Assembly: GCA_904420525.1 (NCBI GenBank)
Contig: CAJFVT010000101.1
Coordinates: 3,546-67,545 of the forward strand
DNA: 64,000 nt
Direction of reading: 5' to 3'
Source: an uncultured Clostridia bacterium
Lineage (GTDB): Bacteria > Bacillota > Clostridia > UBA1381
Part shown: positions 1 through 11,119 of the stretch, in pieces
Layout: every line of letters starts with the position of its first letter
Position numbering within the stretch: the first letter of the stretch is position 1
Notes under the pieces: generated by a model
What the model saw: the letters and a program-made list of their open reading frames with translations, nothing else
What the model was told of the DNA's origin: nothing
Database searches by the model: none
Translations under genes and position numbers: made by a program

Positions 1-84
1 ATAGATCTCGGCCTCGGTGAAGATGAGCGCGAATTCGACTGCGCTTCATTCCATCATGATACGGCACAAGATGATACACATTGA
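1..84 (+). CDS. 3' end of an unidentified CDS entering the window
   Basis: Frame 1 is open from base 1 to TGA at 82-84 (IDLGLGEDEREFDCASFHHDTAQDDTH*) and is followed by a + strand terminator. Confidence 0.35.
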   Translation: MDLGLGEDEREFDCASFHHDTAQDDTH

Positions 85-101
85 AGAATGATTTCTTTTT
101 A

Positions 102-131
102 GACTGCACCGCATCAAGGGTGCAGTTTTTG
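102..131 (+). terminator. Rho-independent terminator
   Basis: ACTGCACC/GGTGCAGT stem followed by a T tract. Confidence 0.7.
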
Positions 132-159
132 TTATAGGTCTCTAATTATAAGGTTTTCA

Positions 160-741
160 TCAGCCGGCATGTGACCTTTTGCGCAGCCTTGTTATAGCAT
201 TGAGTGTAAAAGACTGTACAAATGCAAACATTATGCCGGTAAGCACACTGCCAAGTCCTAAGGTAAAATAACCCGGGATAAGCACGCATATATTAATGAT
301 ACACATTACCGCTGCTACATTTATCCTCGGATCTTTCTTGTTTAGTATCAGTGCGATGGTGTCAAAACCGATAGCGGTCGATCTTGCGCTCATGCACAGA
401 TAATACCCCGCCCCTACCATTACAGCGGCAAGGATCGCTGCAGCAGGACGAAAAATATGCAGCTCAAAGCCGGTATGTGAAAATATAGTGAACAGCGCCA
501 TATATGCGATACAGCTGTAGACTGTACCCATAAAATAGCTTTTGCCGAGAAACACCGCGCAGATGATCATCAGCAGCACAGTGAACAGATTTGAACACAA
601 TGCTACATCAAGTCCCAAAAGCTCAGCACATATCATTGCCAGACTTGTTACTCCGCCGTTCACTATATCGTTAGGCACTGTTATAAAGCTATACGCCAAT
701 GCCATAAGCAGATTTCCTGATAATATCTTTACAATTCTCAT
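160..741 (-). CDS. YitT (DUF161) family membrane protein
   Basis: Hydrophobic 193 aa with 'F..P..IV.GGVTSLA' and 'STAIGFD.IALIL.K' motifs; no C-terminal soluble domain. Confidence 0.8.
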   Translation of the reverse strand: MRIVKILSGNLLMALAYSFITVPNDIVNGGVTSLAMICAELLGLDVALCSNLFTVLLMIICAVFLGKSYFMGTVYSCIAYMALFTIFSHTGFELHIFRPAAAILAAVMVGAGYYLCMSARSTAIGFDTIALILNKKDPRINVAAVMCIINICVLIPGYFTLGLGSVLTGIMFAFVQSFTLNAITRLRKRSHAG

Positions 742-862
742 GATCCCCGTTCCTCATATCATTTATATCCTCAGCTATTTCGCCGCAGCAATGCCATTTT
801 AACATAAATATCATAAATATTCAATACACAATTATGTAAAAAGTAATTTACTTTTTTATAAA

Positions 863-891
863 TTGACAAAGCCGAACCAATATGGTATAAT
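863..891 (+). promoter_or_regulatory. SigA promoter with extended -10
   Basis: TTGACA(863-868)-N17-TATAAT(886-891) with TGn; palindrome AAAAAGTA-att-TACTTTTT at 838-856 just upstream. Confidence 0.8.
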
Positions 892-905
892 AAACACAAT
901 ATAGG

Positions 906-1006
906 AAGCAAAGCCGACTGACCCGGCTTTGTTTAAGATGCGTTTATTGTACCGGTGTGAAGCGGCGCGTCTCAGCGCCGCACTTATGGTATAATAAACA
1001 CATCTT
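906..1006. repeat. Two adjacent hairpins in the leader, including a long one built from a copy and an inverted copy of the promoter -10 region
   Basis: AAGCAAAGCCG/CGGCTTTGTTT (906-934); AAGATGCGTTTATTGTACC (935-953) pairs with GGTATAATAAACACATCTT (988-1006) around a GCGGCGC/GCGCCGC core. Confidence 0.75.
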
Positions 1007-1038
1007 ATAATAAATTACTATTTTTCAGGGTGATATAT

Positions 1039-2544
1039 ATGAAAAAAGCAGCTGCTGTTATTTTAACGGCATGTATGCTGTTTCCGTTCTCTGCAGCTGC
1101 AGAGCAGACGCAGTATGATATACAAACAAAAATAGAAAATGCTTTTTCGTGGCTCGAAGCAAATGCCCAGCCTATTAACGCAGCCGGCTCATCTGCCTCG
1201 GATTACTACATCATGGCGCTTTCGCGTATGAATAAGGATTACCGTTATGCATCCTACGTAAACGCGACAAGCTCACTCACGCCCACCACGATACAGGACG
1301 CCCAGAGACTCATCATGTCCAATTCTGCCTGCGGCGAGATACTGAGCAATTCGTTCGTGGGCATGTTCACATATGATGCTGAGCTAAGCTCTGCCGCAGA
1401 TACAGCAGGTGCGATAATAACGCTCAGAAGCGGCGGCTATGATTCTGACAATAACAGCAGCAATATAATAAATCTTACCGGCAGGCTGCTCACTATGCAG
1501 CAGTCAAACGGAAGCTTTGAAAACGATGTGCTTTCGACCGCAAAATCAGTTATTGCTCTCTCCTATTACCGGGGAACAGAATTCACTCTGCAGGGTACTG
1601 CGGATAATGAGGAATACACCTACAGCACGGACAGCGCAATAGACAGCGCTATCAGCTACCTCAGCTCGGCGCAGGGTACTGACGGCGGATTTTCGACTGT
1701 GTTCAATACGGCATACGTTATAATGGCTCTCGACAGTACGGGAACAGACGCGCAGAGCAGCTCCCTTTTTGTAAAAAACGGTTCTGATCCGATAAGCTAC
1801 ATTACATCCCGCTGCTCAGAGGATGGGAGCGTCAATTCCTCTCCCGATGACACCGCGATATCCGCATGCGCCTTCGTCAGCCATCTGCGTGCCATGCAGG
1901 GAAAAGCTGTATTTTTCGACTTTGTTTCACAGGATACAGTAAATACGATCCTGTCCGGAGAATCAGCAGGATCAAACCATCTCAGCGAAAGCACGGACGA
2001 TGGCACGCCCTCTTCCGCCGCTACACAGTCTCCCCAAAGCATAAGGATAACCCCTATGCCGACACGTGAGCCTGAACATTCGGCCGTTAATGAAGAGGAA
2101 TACGGTCCGCAGCAATTTGTCGGTCCGCTGCGCGAAACTGACAGACCTGACAGCGGAACCGCCTCTGAGACTCATACTGATGAGAGCAATTCCTCATCAT
2201 ATACGGCGATCGCCGTGATCGGTGCTGTTATAGTCATCGGACTTGCGGCGCTTGCACTGCTCAGATTTAAGCCTGAGCTTTTTGAAGCTATGCGAAAAGC
2301 TGTTTCAAAACATTCAGTCAATAAAAACAATACTGGCGATAAGGAAAATGAACACAAGTCTGATGAAAATGATCTTATCTCCGAGATAGATAAGCCCCAT
2401 GAGGTCGTTCCGACAGAGGAGCTTTATGACCCGGACTTTATAAAAAAGCTGATACCGGTCGATGAGATAGATATGTCCATAGATTCTTTGCTTCCGGCTG
2501 AGGATGCGGTCAAAGACGATACACAGGACGAAAAAGAACAATAA
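1039..2544 (+). CDS. Exported, membrane-anchored protein with prenyltransferase/squalene-cyclase-like (alpha/alpha barrel) repeats
   Basis: Signal peptide MKKAAAVILTA...AAA; repeats QQSNGSF, AQGTDGGF, CSEDGSV; Ser/Pro linker, TM helix near the C-terminus and acidic tail. ATG 1039 preferred over GTG 1030. Confidence 0.6.
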   Translation: MKKAAAVILTACMLFPFSAAAEQTQYDIQTKIENAFSWLEANAQPINAAGSSASDYYIMALSRMNKDYRYASYVNATSSLTPTTIQDAQRLIMSNSACGEILSNSFVGMFTYDAELSSAADTAGAIITLRSGGYDSDNNSSNIINLTGRLLTMQQSNGSFENDVLSTAKSVIALSYYRGTEFTLQGTADNEEYTYSTDSAIDSAISYLSSAQGTDGGFSTVFNTAYVIMALDSTGTDAQSSSLFVKNGSDPISYITSRCSEDGSVNSSPDDTAISACAFVSHLRAMQGKAVFFDFVSQDTVNTILSGESAGSNHLSESTDDGTPSSAATQSPQSIRITPMPTREPEHSAVNEEEYGPQQFVGPLRETDRPDSGTASETHTDESNSSSYTAIAVIGAVIVIGLAALALLRFKPELFEAMRKAVSKHSVNKNNTGDKENEHKSDENDLISEIDKPHEVVPTEELYDPDFIKKLIPVDEIDMSIDSLLPAEDAVKDDTQDEKEQ

Positions 2545-2547
2545 ACC

Positions 2548-2605
2548 AATGGGCTGCTGCAAATGAGCGTTTTAGGACGCTCACTTGAAGCGGTCCATTT
2601 ATTTC
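2548..2605 (+). terminator. Long imperfect hairpin, probable terminator
   Basis: AATGGGCTGCTGCAAATGAGCGT...ACGCTCACTTGAAGCGGTCCATT immediately after the stop codon. Confidence 0.6.
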
Positions 2606-2771
2606 ATGCGGGCAGCTCCGGAAAACACGTTGAGAACAACAAACAGTAACAGCCAATGAAAATTTTTTATGCCTCCCCTGCTCTTGCTTTTTTTACTTTG
2701 AAAACTGTCTAATACATACGCTTATATCACACTGTTTTAGTATCAATATATCTGATTTTTCAACAAAAGTC

Positions 2772-2800
2772 TTGACTATTTCATAGAAAGCTAATATAAT
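2772..2800 (+). promoter_or_regulatory. SigA promoter
   Basis: TTGACT-N17-TATAAT. Confidence 0.7.
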
Positions 2801-2901
2801 ATATTATGTTTACAGTTTTATTCACACAGACATAGAATATATATATTAGGGAGCGTGCGGCTTGTCTGTACGCGCCTTTATTTCATAAGGAGGTCATCGT
2901 T

Positions 2902-5900
2902 TTGAGCAAACTGCATATGGGAATAGATGTCGGCTCAACAACTGTTAAAGTCGTTGTTCTTGACGATTCCAACAATACGGTATATTCAGAATACAGAAGA
3001 CATTTTTCAGATATAAAAAGCACTGTTGCGGATCTGTTCAACGAGGTTGCCGGAACGCTTAAAGACGCTGAATTTACAGTTGTCATAACCGGCTCCGGAG
3101 GTCTGCTGCTTTCAAAAATGCTCGGTCTTCCCTTTGTTCAGGAGGTCATTGCGAACAAGACCGCGATAGAAACATTCCTTCCCGGAACAGACGTCGTTAT
3201 AGAGCTGGGCGGAGAGGATGCAAAGATACTCTACCTCACAGGCGGACTTGAGCAGAGAATGAACGGTACCTGCGCAGGCGGCACAGGCTCGTTCATTGAT
3301 CAGATGAGCATACTTCTTAAGACGGACGCTGACGGACTGAACAAGCTTGCCGAGCAGCACAAGACCATATACCCGATCGCTGCGCGCTGCGGTGTTTTTG
3401 CGAAATCAGATGTTCAGCCTCTGCTCAACGAGGGAGCTGCCCGTGAGGACGTTGCAGCATCGATACTTCAGGCGGTAGTTACACAGACGATCTCAGGTCT
3501 TGCACAGGGCAGACCTATAAAGGGAAACATTGTATTCCTCGGCGGTCCGCTTCACTTTCTGCCTCAGCTCAGGCGTCAGTTTGAGGAAACTCTTCAGGAC
3601 AGAGCTGAGTCATTCAAGGCCCCCGAAAACGCGCAGATTTTCGTTGCTATAGGAGCGGCCCTCATGCATAACAATGCAGAGCCGACAAATATACACGCGC
3701 TGTCCGAGGCCCTTAAAAACTCCAATAGCGTAGAAGCGGAGATAACTCGTATGCCGAAGCTGTTCGAGACAGAAGCGGACAGAAAGGAGTTTTTCGACCG
3801 CCATGCTAAAGCAAAGGCTGTGCGCGGTGACATAAGCAAGGTAAGCGGTCCTGTTTTCCTTGGACTTGATGTAGGCTCAACCACTATCAAATGCGCCGTC
3901 ATCAATGAACAGGATGAGATCGTTTACGACTATTACGGCAAGAACGAGGGAAGCCCGATAACCTGCGGTATTGAAATAATGCGTGAGCTTTACAGTAAAC
4001 TGCCGAAGGACGCATACATAGCCAACGGCTGCACTACCGGATACGGCGAACAGCTGCTGAAAACGGCGTTCCGGATAGATGAGGGCGAGATCGAAACGAT
4101 CGCTCACTACAAGGCCGCTAACCATTTCTCTCCCGGAGTTGATTTCATAATCGACATTGGCGGACAGGATATGAAATGCATGAAGATAAAAGACGGTGTT
4201 ATCGACTCGATAATGCTCAATGAGGCATGCTCCTCAGGCTGCGGCTCATTTATACAGACCTTCGCGGAGTCGCTCGGACTTGATACAGTTTCCTTTGCTA
4301 AGGAGGCGCTGGATGCCGAAAATCCTGTGGATCTTGGCACACGCTGCACAGTATTTATGAATTCGCGTGTTAAGCAGGCGCAAAAGGAGGGTGCGACCGT
4401 TGGAGATATAAGCGCCGGTCTCTCCTACTCCGTTGTCCGAAATGCACTCTACAAGGTAATAAAGCTCCGCGATCCCGCTCTTATGGGCGAAAAGATAGTC
4501 GTTCAGGGCGGCACGTTCAATAACAACGCGATCCTGCGCTGTTTTGAGCTGCTTACTGAAAAAAATGTCATACGTCCGGACATAGCCGGTATCATGGGAG
4601 CATTCGGGTCCGCGCTTATAGCCAAGGAACGCTGGAACGGCGGAGAATGTGATATAATAACAGAGGGCGAGCTTGACTCATTCACCTTCAATACCTCGCT
4701 CACGAGATGTCAGAAGTGCAACAACCACTGTCAGCTCACCATTACCGACTTCGGCGACGGCAGCAAATTCATTTCAGGAAACCGCTGTGAGCGCGGAGCC
4801 GGAGAAGAAAAAAAGAATAAGGATATCCCTAATATCTATGATTTTAAATATAAGCGTACATTCCGGTACAAGCCTCTCAAGCTTGAGGATGCGCCGCACG
4901 GCATCATTGCTATGCCGAGAGTTCTGAACATGTATGAGAACTATCCCCTGTGGTTCACATTTTTCACAGAACTGGGCTTCTCAGTTCGCATATCAGGCAG
5001 AAGCACTCACGCTCTTTATGAAAAGGGCATAGACTCGATCCCATCCGAAAGCGCATGCTACCCTGCAAAGCTGGTTCACGGGCATATACAGGATCTCATA
5101 GACAAGGGCTATAAAACGATATTCTACCCCTGTATACCCTATGAGCAGATCGAATACAGTGACGCCGGTAACCACTTCAACTGCCCGATGGTAACATCGT
5201 ATCCGGAGGTCATATACAATAATATGGACGCCGTCCGCACAGATGATATAAGGTTCCTGTACCCGTTTATCAATCTCGCCGACAAACCGTCCTTCAACAG
5301 GCAGATGGCTAATGCGCTGAAGGATTACAATATCCCGTTCAAGGATATAAAGGCAGCCTCTGAAAAGGCATTTGCCGAGCTGCAGGCATACAAAAATGAC
5401 ATTCGCAGCAAGGGCGAAGAGGTCATAGCGTGGCTTGAGGAGCATAACAAGCGCGGTATAGTGCTTGCAGGCAGACCTTATCACATAGATCCGGAAATAA
5501 ACCATGGCATACCTGATATGATAAACACTCTCGGCTTCGCAGTGCTTACAGAGGACAGCGTTGCGCATATGGGTCACTTAAAGCGCGATATACGCGTTGT
5601 CGATCAATGGGCTTACCATACACGTCTTTATGAGGCCGCGTCCGAGGTAATAAAAAATGACAGACTTGAGCTTATACAGCTCAACTCCTTCGGCTGCGGG
5701 CTTGACGCTGTAACTACAGATCAGGTCATGGAGATACTCCAGTCACATGAGAAAATATATACAACGCTCAAGATAGACGAGGTATCAAGCCTAGGTACTG
5801 CGCGCATACGCGTCCGCTCGCTCAAGGCCGCGGTCAAGGAGCGCGCCGACAGCGACTTTGTTCCGCATAAGGTGGAAGATTATACTATAAACCGTGTAAA

Positions 5901-7215
5901 ATTCACCGAAAAGGAGCGTAAAAACCATACTATAATATTCCCGCAGATGAGTCCGACTCATTTCCATCTCTTTGAGGCTGTACTGCGCGCGAACGGCTAT
6001 AACGCTCTCGTTCTGGAAAAAGCGACAGCTGAGGATGTTGAGGCAGGTCTCAAGAGCGTTAATAACGACGCGTGCTACCCCTCCATTATGGTCACGGGCC
6101 AGCTCGTAAATGCTTTTATAAGCGGACGCTGCGATCCGAACAACACCTCGGTGATGATAACCCAGACAGGAGGAGGCTGCCGCGCTACAAACTACATAGC
6201 GTTTATAAGAAAGGCGCTCAAGGAGGCAGGATATCCTCAGGTACCTGTAATCTCGCTCAACGTATCCGGACTTGAGGGCAATCCCGGATTTAAAATAACC
6301 CCTAAACTCGTAGACGGTCTTTTAAAGGCCTGCACATGGGGCGATATACTGCTTTCTGTTTCACAGAGGATACGCCCGTATGAGATAAATGAGGGAGAAA
6401 CAAACGCCGTTTATGATAAATGGCAGAAACGGCTATATAATGATCTCGTAACTATGAACCGCAAAAATCTCAAGCTCAAAAAGGTGATAGATGATATAAT
6501 AGCCGATTTTGACGCTATACCCATAGACGATTCCGTTCGCAAGCCTAAGGTAGGCGTTGTCGGTGAGATACTTGTTAAATTCCATCCCGATGCGAACAAT
6601 GACGTTGTAGGCGTTATAGAAAGCGAGGGCGGAGAGGCCGTAATGCCGGGACTTGCAGACTTCATGCTGTACTGTCTCTACAACAATAATTTCAAGCGTG
6701 ATAATCTCGGCATGAAGGCTTCAACAGCGCGTCTTTGCAATTTGGCGATATGGGGCATCGAAAGCTACAGAAAGCACGCCGAAAAGGTCATGAAGGCAAA
6801 TCCGAAGTTTGCCTCACGCGCTCCTGGACATATAGCAGAAATCGCAGAGGGTGCAAAAAAAGTCCTGCAGCTCGGTCACTGCACCGGCGAGGGCTGGTTC
6901 CTTACAGGCGAGATGATAGAGCTTATAAATTCCGGCGTCCCGAACATCGTTTGCGTTCAGCCGTTCGCATGCCTTCCCAACCACGTTACAGGCAAAGGCA
7001 TGATAAAGGAGCTGCGCCGTCAATATCCGCAGTCGAATATAGTTGCCATCGACTATGATCCCGGAGCGAGCGAGGTAAACCAGCTCAACCGCATCAAGCT
7101 TATGATGGCCGTTGCGTTTGAAAATATCCGCAAGGAGGATGAGCTCGACTCACTCATGTACAAAAGGCGCAGAGATCTGCTTCGTTCACCGGAAAAACAG
7201 AAAATACCGGTATGA
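2902..7215 (+). CDS. 2-hydroxyacyl-CoA dehydratase activator-related fusion (two BadF/BcrAD ASKHA ATPase domains plus DUF2229-like region)
   Basis: GIDVGSTT and [16 protein letters not shown] and DIGGQDMK; Fe-S Cys motifs CAGGTGSF and [19 protein letters not shown] start with AGGAGG RBS. Confidence 0.9.
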   Translation: MSKLHMGIDVGSTTVKVVVLDDSNNTVYSEYRRHFSDIKSTVADLFNEVAGTLKDAEFTVVITGSGGLLLSKMLGLPFVQEVIANKTAIETFLPGTDVVIELGGEDAKILYLTGGLEQRMNGTCAGGTGSFIDQMSILLKTDADGLNKLAEQHKTIYPIAARCGVFAKSDVQPLLNEGAAREDVAASILQAVVTQTISGLAQGRPIKGNIVFLGGPLHFLPQLRRQFEETLQDRAESFKAPENAQIFVAIGAALMHNNAEPTNIHALSEALKNSNSVEAEITRMPKLFETEADRKEFFDRHAKAKAVRGDISKVSGPVFLGLDVGSTTIKCAVINEQDEIVYDYYGKNEGSPITCGIEIMRELYSKLPKDAYIANGCTTGYGEQLLKTAFRIDEGEIETIAHYKAANHFSPGVDFIIDIGGQDMKCMKIKDGVIDSIMLNEACSSGCGSFIQTFAESLGLDTVSFAKEALDAENPVDLGTRCTVFMNSRVKQAQKEGATVGDISAGLSYSVVRNALYKVIKLRDPALMGEKIVVQGGTFNNNAILRCFELLTEKNVIRPDIAGIMGAFGSALIAKERWNGGECDIITEGELDSFTFNTSLTRCQKCNNHCQLTITDFGDGSKFISGNRCERGAGEEKKNKDIPNIYDFKYKRTFRYKPLKLEDAPHGIIAMPRVLNMYENYPLWFTFFTELGFSVRISGRSTHALYEKGIDSIPSESACYPAKLVHGHIQDLIDKGYKTIFYPCIPYEQIEYSDAGNHFNCPMVTSYPEVIYNNMDAVRTDDIRFLYPFINLADKPSFNRQMANALKDYNIPFKDIKAASEKAFAELQAYKNDIRSKGEEVIAWLEEHNKRGIVLAGRPYHIDPEINHGIPDMINTLGFAVLTEDSVAHMGHLKRDIRVVDQWAYHTRLYEAASEVIKNDRLELIQLNSFGCGLDAVTTDQVMEILQSHEKIYTTLKIDEVSSLGTARIRVRSLKAAVKERADSDFVPHKVEDYTINRVKFTEKERKNHTIIFPQMSPTHFHLFEAVLRANGYNALVLEKATAEDVEAGLKSVNNDACYPSIMVTGQLVNAFISGRCDPNNTSVMITQTGGGCRATNYIAFIRKALKEAGYPQVPVISLNVSGLEGNPGFKITPKLVDGLLKACTWGDILLSVSQRIRPYEINEGETNAVYDKWQKRLYNDLVTMNRKNLKLKKVIDDIIADFDAIPIDDSVRKPKVGVVGEILVKFHPDANNDVVGVIESEGGEAVMPGLADFMLYCLYNNNFKRDNLGMKASTARLCNLAIWGIESYRKHAEKVMKANPKFASRAPGHIAEIAEGAKKVLQLGHCTGEGWFLTGEMIELINSGVPNIVCVQPFACLPNHVTGKGMIKELRRQYPQSNIVAIDYDPGASEVNQLNRIKLMMAVAFENIRKEDELDSLMYKRRRDLLRSPEKQKIPV

Positions 7216-7227
7216 TCTTTATAGTGT

Positions 7228-7264
7228 ACCGCCGCATCCATCAGCTATGCGGCGGTCATTTTTT
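7228..7264 (+). terminator. Rho-independent terminator
   Basis: ACCGCCGCAT/ATGCGGCGGT stem followed by T-rich tract. Confidence 0.75.
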
Positions 7265-7357
7265 ACCTCTTATCCTCAATATGTACAAATATCCGGCATA
7301 TACGGACTCTATATTTGGTTCTAACGTAAAATATATGTAAATTTTTTTTGAATTCTC

Positions 7358-7408
7358 TTGACTATTTCTAAGAACATGTTATTATATAATAGGTTAAGAT
7401 TTTAACAA
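7358..7408 (+). promoter_or_regulatory. SigA promoter with candidate Rex operator
   Basis: TTGACT 7358-7363, TG-T-TATTAT 7377-7385; AGGTTAA-GATT-TTAACAA (7391-7408) resembles the clostridial Rex consensus TTGTTAA-N4-TTAACAA. Confidence 0.6.
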
Positions 7409-7459
7409 TCTTAGTTCAAGCTTATTATATATCTTATACATCAGAGGAGTAGTATTACT

Positions 7460-8395
7460 ATGCGAAAATTTTACAATAAAGTCGTGATTATCGGCTGCGG
7501 CGCTGTTGGCGCGTCTATTGCTTATGCACTTTCAATTCAAGGCACAGTTTCCAAACTTGTCCTTATTGATGTTAACCGCGATAAGGCTGAGGGCGAAGTT
7601 CTCGATATAGGTCAGGGTATGCTCAACTTTACCCCTATAGAGATCTACTGCGGTGATTATTCAGATGTTTCCGACTGCGATATCATCATTGTCGCATCGG
7701 GTGTTGGCAGACGTCCGGGAGACACGCGTCTTGATCTTGCAAAGAACAATATAAATATCATCAAATCGGTAGCTGAAAACATAAAGCCGTATTACAACGG
7801 CGCTGTCATCCTTATGGTAGCTAACCCCGTTGATATACTCACATATGTGATGTACAAGGAGCTTGGAGTACCGGCCGGAAAGGTATTCGGCACAGGTACA
7901 TCGCTTGATACGGCTCGTTTCAAGTATTTTCTTAGTCAGGATCTTGATGTATGTGTAAACAATGTACACGGTTACATCATCGGAGAACACGGTGATTCAC
8001 AGTTCCCTGTTATCAGCTCGATCGGTATCGCCGGCACTCCGCTTGATGAGTACTGCGAGTCTGAGAACATATTGCTTGATCTTGATGCTCTTGTAGACAG
8101 AGTTAAAAATGCCGGCGCGGAAGTTATCAAAAAGAAGCATGCGACATATTATGCTATCGCTTCTACTGTATGCCGTATCGTCAACGCTATAATAAAGGAC
8201 GAACATGCTGTGCTTCCGGTAAGCACAGTTGAATGCGAGTCTTATGGACTTTCAGAAGTCTCGATAGGTCTTCCCTGTATCGTTAATGCAAACGGTATAA
8301 ACAAGGTCCTTACACTAAGACTCAGCGATGATGAAAAAGAAAAGCTGGAAAGCTCAGCGGCAACGCTCAGAGCTATCTTGGACGAAGCTATGTAA
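7460..8395 (+). CDS. mdh: LDH/MDH family dehydrogenase, probably malate dehydrogenase
   Basis: GCGAVG NAD-binding motif, ANPVD, LDTARF, GEHGDS; substrate loop GVGRRPGDTRLDL has Arg at the LDH Gln102 position; adjacent to malic enzyme. Confidence 0.75.
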   Translation: MRKFYNKVVIIGCGAVGASIAYALSIQGTVSKLVLIDVNRDKAEGEVLDIGQGMLNFTPIEIYCGDYSDVSDCDIIIVASGVGRRPGDTRLDLAKNNINIIKSVAENIKPYYNGAVILMVANPVDILTYVMYKELGVPAGKVFGTGTSLDTARFKYFLSQDLDVCVNNVHGYIIGEHGDSQFPVISSIGIAGTPLDEYCESENILLDLDALVDRVKNAGAEVIKKKHATYYAIASTVCRIVNAIIKDEHAVLPVSTVECESYGLSEVSIGLPCIVNANGINKVLTLRLSDDEKEKLESSAATLRAILDEAM

Positions 8396-8491
8396 TATCC
8401 GAGCGCGTATCCCGCGCCCGTGAATATATATTTTCCGGTCAGCATAAAATATGCGCTCCGGAACAAAGACATAAAATGGAGGAATAATGCA

Positions 8492-9664
8492 ATGGATAAG
8501 AAAGAATATGCATTGAAAATGCATGAGGAATGGAAAGGCAAGATAGAGGTCATTTCAAGAGCTGCTATCACAAACAGAGATGAGCTTTCGGTCGCTTACA
8601 CACCGGGCGTTGCCGAGCCGTGTCTTGAGATCTCCAAGGATACCTCGCTTTCGTATAAATATACCAGACGCGGCAATCTCGTTGCCGTTATCACCGATGG
8701 TACGGCTGTACTTGGTCTCGGTGACATAGGTCCTGAGGCCGGCATGCCTGTAATGGAAGGCAAATGTGCCCTGTTCAAGACCTTTGCCGATGTTGACGCT
8801 TTCCCGCTCTGCGTTCGCTCAAAGGACGTTGACGAGATCGTTAACACCGTAAAGCTGCTTGCGGGAAGCTTCGGCGGCATCAACCTAGAGGATATTTCCG
8901 CTCCGCGCTGCTTCGAGATAGAGCGCAGACTCAAGGAAGAATGCGATATACCTGTATTCCATGATGACCAGCACGGTACAGCAGTAGTTGTTCTTTCAGC
9001 TATGCTCAACGCCCTCAAGCTCGTTAACAAAAAGATCGAGGATATCGAGGCTGTCGTAAATGGTTCAGGCGCGGCAGGTATCGCAATCACAAAGCTCCTT
9101 ATGTCAATGGGACTCAAGAATGTTATCCTTTGTGACAGAACAGGCGCTATATATGAGGGCCGCGAGAACCTCAATGCTGAAAAGGCTGAGATGGCTAAGA
9201 TATCAAACAGAGCTATGAAGAAGGGTTCTCTTGCGGATGTACTCACAGGCGCAGATGTATTTATCGGCGTTTCGGCTCCGAATACACTGACAAAGGAAAT
9301 GGTAAAGACAATGGCAGACGATCCGATCGTATTCGCTATGTCCAATCCTGTTCCGGAGATCATGCCGGATGAAGCTAAGGAAGCGGGCGTTAGGATAATG
9401 GGTACAGGAAGAAGTGACTTCCCGAACCAGATCAATAATGTGCTTGCATTCCCCGGCATCTTCAAGGGTGCGCTTTCAGTAAGAGCCAGCGATATAAACG
9501 ATGAGATGAAGATCGCAGCTGCAAAGGCTATCGCTTCGATGGTTTCAGACGAAGAGCTCAGACCGGATTATGTTATAACCGATGTATTTGACAAGAGAGT
9601 TGCAGACGCAGTCGCTGAGGCTGTTGCACAGGCAGCAAGAGACACCGGCGTTGCAAGAATATAA
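8492..9664 (+). CDS. NAD(P)-dependent malic enzyme
   Basis: AYTPGVAEPC, GTAVLGLGDIG, NLEDI, FHDDQHGTA, NGSGAAG, NQINN; ATG 8492 with GGAGG RBS. Confidence 0.95.
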   Translation: MDKKEYALKMHEEWKGKIEVISRAAITNRDELSVAYTPGVAEPCLEISKDTSLSYKYTRRGNLVAVITDGTAVLGLGDIGPEAGMPVMEGKCALFKTFADVDAFPLCVRSKDVDEIVNTVKLLAGSFGGINLEDISAPRCFEIERRLKEECDIPVFHDDQHGTAVVVLSAMLNALKLVNKKIEDIEAVVNGSGAAGIAITKLLMSMGLKNVILCDRTGAIYEGRENLNAEKAEMAKISNRAMKKGSLADVLTGADVFIGVSAPNTLTKEMVKTMADDPIVFAMSNPVPEIMPDEAKEAGVRIMGTGRSDFPNQINNVLAFPGIFKGALSVRASDINDEMKIAAAKAIASMVSDEELRPDYVITDVFDKRVADAVAEAVAQAARDTGVARI

Positions 9665-9676
9665 TTAAAAACACAC

Positions 9677-9795
9677 AAAACAGGCATTGTAAAAGCAAAA
9701 CGGCTTATACGATGCCTGTTTTTTATCCCCCTAAATTATATATAACGCAAAAGCGGCAGCTGCAGAACACTTCATCCTGCAGCTGCCGCTTTATT
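9677..9795. terminator. Two terminator hairpins between convergent malic enzyme and icd
   Basis: AAAACAGGCAT/ATGCCTGTTTT (9677-9722) and 16-bp stem AAAGCGGCAGCTGCAG/CTGCAGCTGCCGCTTT (9750-9792). Confidence 0.8.
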
Positions 9796-9817
9796 TATCA
9801 ATACCAATCTTTTTCTA

Positions 9818-11029
9818 TTACAGCATAGCCTTGAGTCTCTCGTCTACCGCTCTTAAGAAGCCTTCAGTATCTACCTTTTCCTTCTTTTCAAGCTTTGACA
9901 TACTGTAGAGATCGCCGGTCATGATACCGTCCTCGATCGTTCCTATCGTTGCCTTTTCAAGGCAATCCGCGTAATGAACAAGCTCCGGAAGAGAGTCAAG
10001 CTCGCCGCGCTTCCTCAATGCACCAGACCATGCAAATATCGTTGCGACCGAATTCGTTGATGTCGTTTCACCCTTGAGGTACTTGTAATAATGACGCTGA
10101 ACTGTGCCGTGAGCTGCCTCGTACTCGTATATACCGTCAGGTGAAACAAGCACCGATGTCATCATCGCAAGCGAGCCGTATGCCGTTGCTACCATATCGG
10201 ACATAACATCGCCGTCATAATTCTTGCATGCCCATATATAGCCTCCCTCAGAGCGTATAACTCTTGCTACAGCGTCATCTATAAGAGTATAGAAATACTC
10301 TATGCCCGCAGCCTCGAATTTGTCCTTATACTCATTCTCGTAGATCTCCGCAAAGATGTCCTTAAATCTATGGTCATATTTCTTTGATATCGTATCCTTT
10401 GTAGCAAACCATACATCCTCTTTGATATCAAGCGCATAATTAAAGCACGCGCGCGCAAAGGACTCTATACTTTCATCACGGTTATGAAGTCCCTGTATTA
10501 TTCCGCTGCCTGTTGTGAACTCATGTATCGTTTCTCTCGTCTCATTTCCGTCCTTGTCAGTATAAACAAGCTCCGCCTTTCCGCCTGCCGGCACCTGCAT
10601 CTCTACATTCTTATATACATCACCGTAAGCGTGTCTGGCAATGGTTATAGGCTTTGTCCATGTCGGTATATAAGGAACTATACCTTTAACGAGTATCGGC
10701 GTTCTGAACACGGTCCCGTCCAAAATAGCACGTATTGTCCCGTTAGGTGATTTCCACATTTCCTTTAAGTCATATTCCGTCATACGCGCGGCATTCGGAG
10801 TTATGGTCGCGCATTTTACGGCTACACCATACTTCTTTGTCGCCTCGGCGCTGTCATAGGTCACCTTATCATCTGTGGCATTCCTGTTCTCAAGTCCAAG
10901 GTCGTAATATTCCGTTTTGAGATCGATATAGGGTTCAAGAAGAATGTCCTTTATCATCTTCCATATTACTCTTGTCATCTCGTCTCCGTCCATTTCGACA
11001 AGAGGCGTTTTCATCTGAATCTTTGCCAT
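9818..11029 (-). CDS. icd: NADP-dependent isocitrate dehydrogenase (eukaryote-like homodimeric type)
   Basis: [42 protein letters not shown]. Confidence 0.95.
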   Translation of the reverse strand: MAKIQMKTPLVEMDGDEMTRVIWKMIKDILLEPYIDLKTEYYDLGLENRNATDDKVTYDSAEATKKYGVAVKCATITPNAARMTEYDLKEMWKSPNGTIRAILDGTVFRTPILVKGIVPYIPTWTKPITIARHAYGDVYKNVEMQVPAGGKAELVYTDKDGNETRETIHEFTTGSGIIQGLHNRDESIESFARACFNYALDIKEDVWFATKDTISKKYDHRFKDIFAEIYENEYKDKFEAAGIEYFYTLIDDAVARVIRSEGGYIWACKNYDGDVMSDMVATAYGSLAMMTSVLVSPDGIYEYEAAHGTVQRHYYKYLKGETTSTNSVATIFAWSGALRKRGELDSLPELVHYADCLEKATIGTIEDGIMTGDLYSMSKLEKKEKVDTEGFLRAVDERLKAML

Positions 11030-11119
11030 TTATGTTTACCTCCATTATCCGGGTCAAAACAAATACAGGGATCCCGTTTACAAACAGAATCCCCCTTGAT
11101 CACCCGTTGATCTTATTCT

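Noticed and set aside
898..1030. Cobalamin riboswitch upstream of the exported repeat protein
   Set aside because: The characteristic B12-box motifs (GGGAA, GCCACTG) are absent and the leader is short
8596..9465. 289-aa antisense ORF, and similar long shadows at 34550, 45278, 49128 and 60520
   Set aside because: They lie opposite well-supported genes and lack an RBS or family motifs
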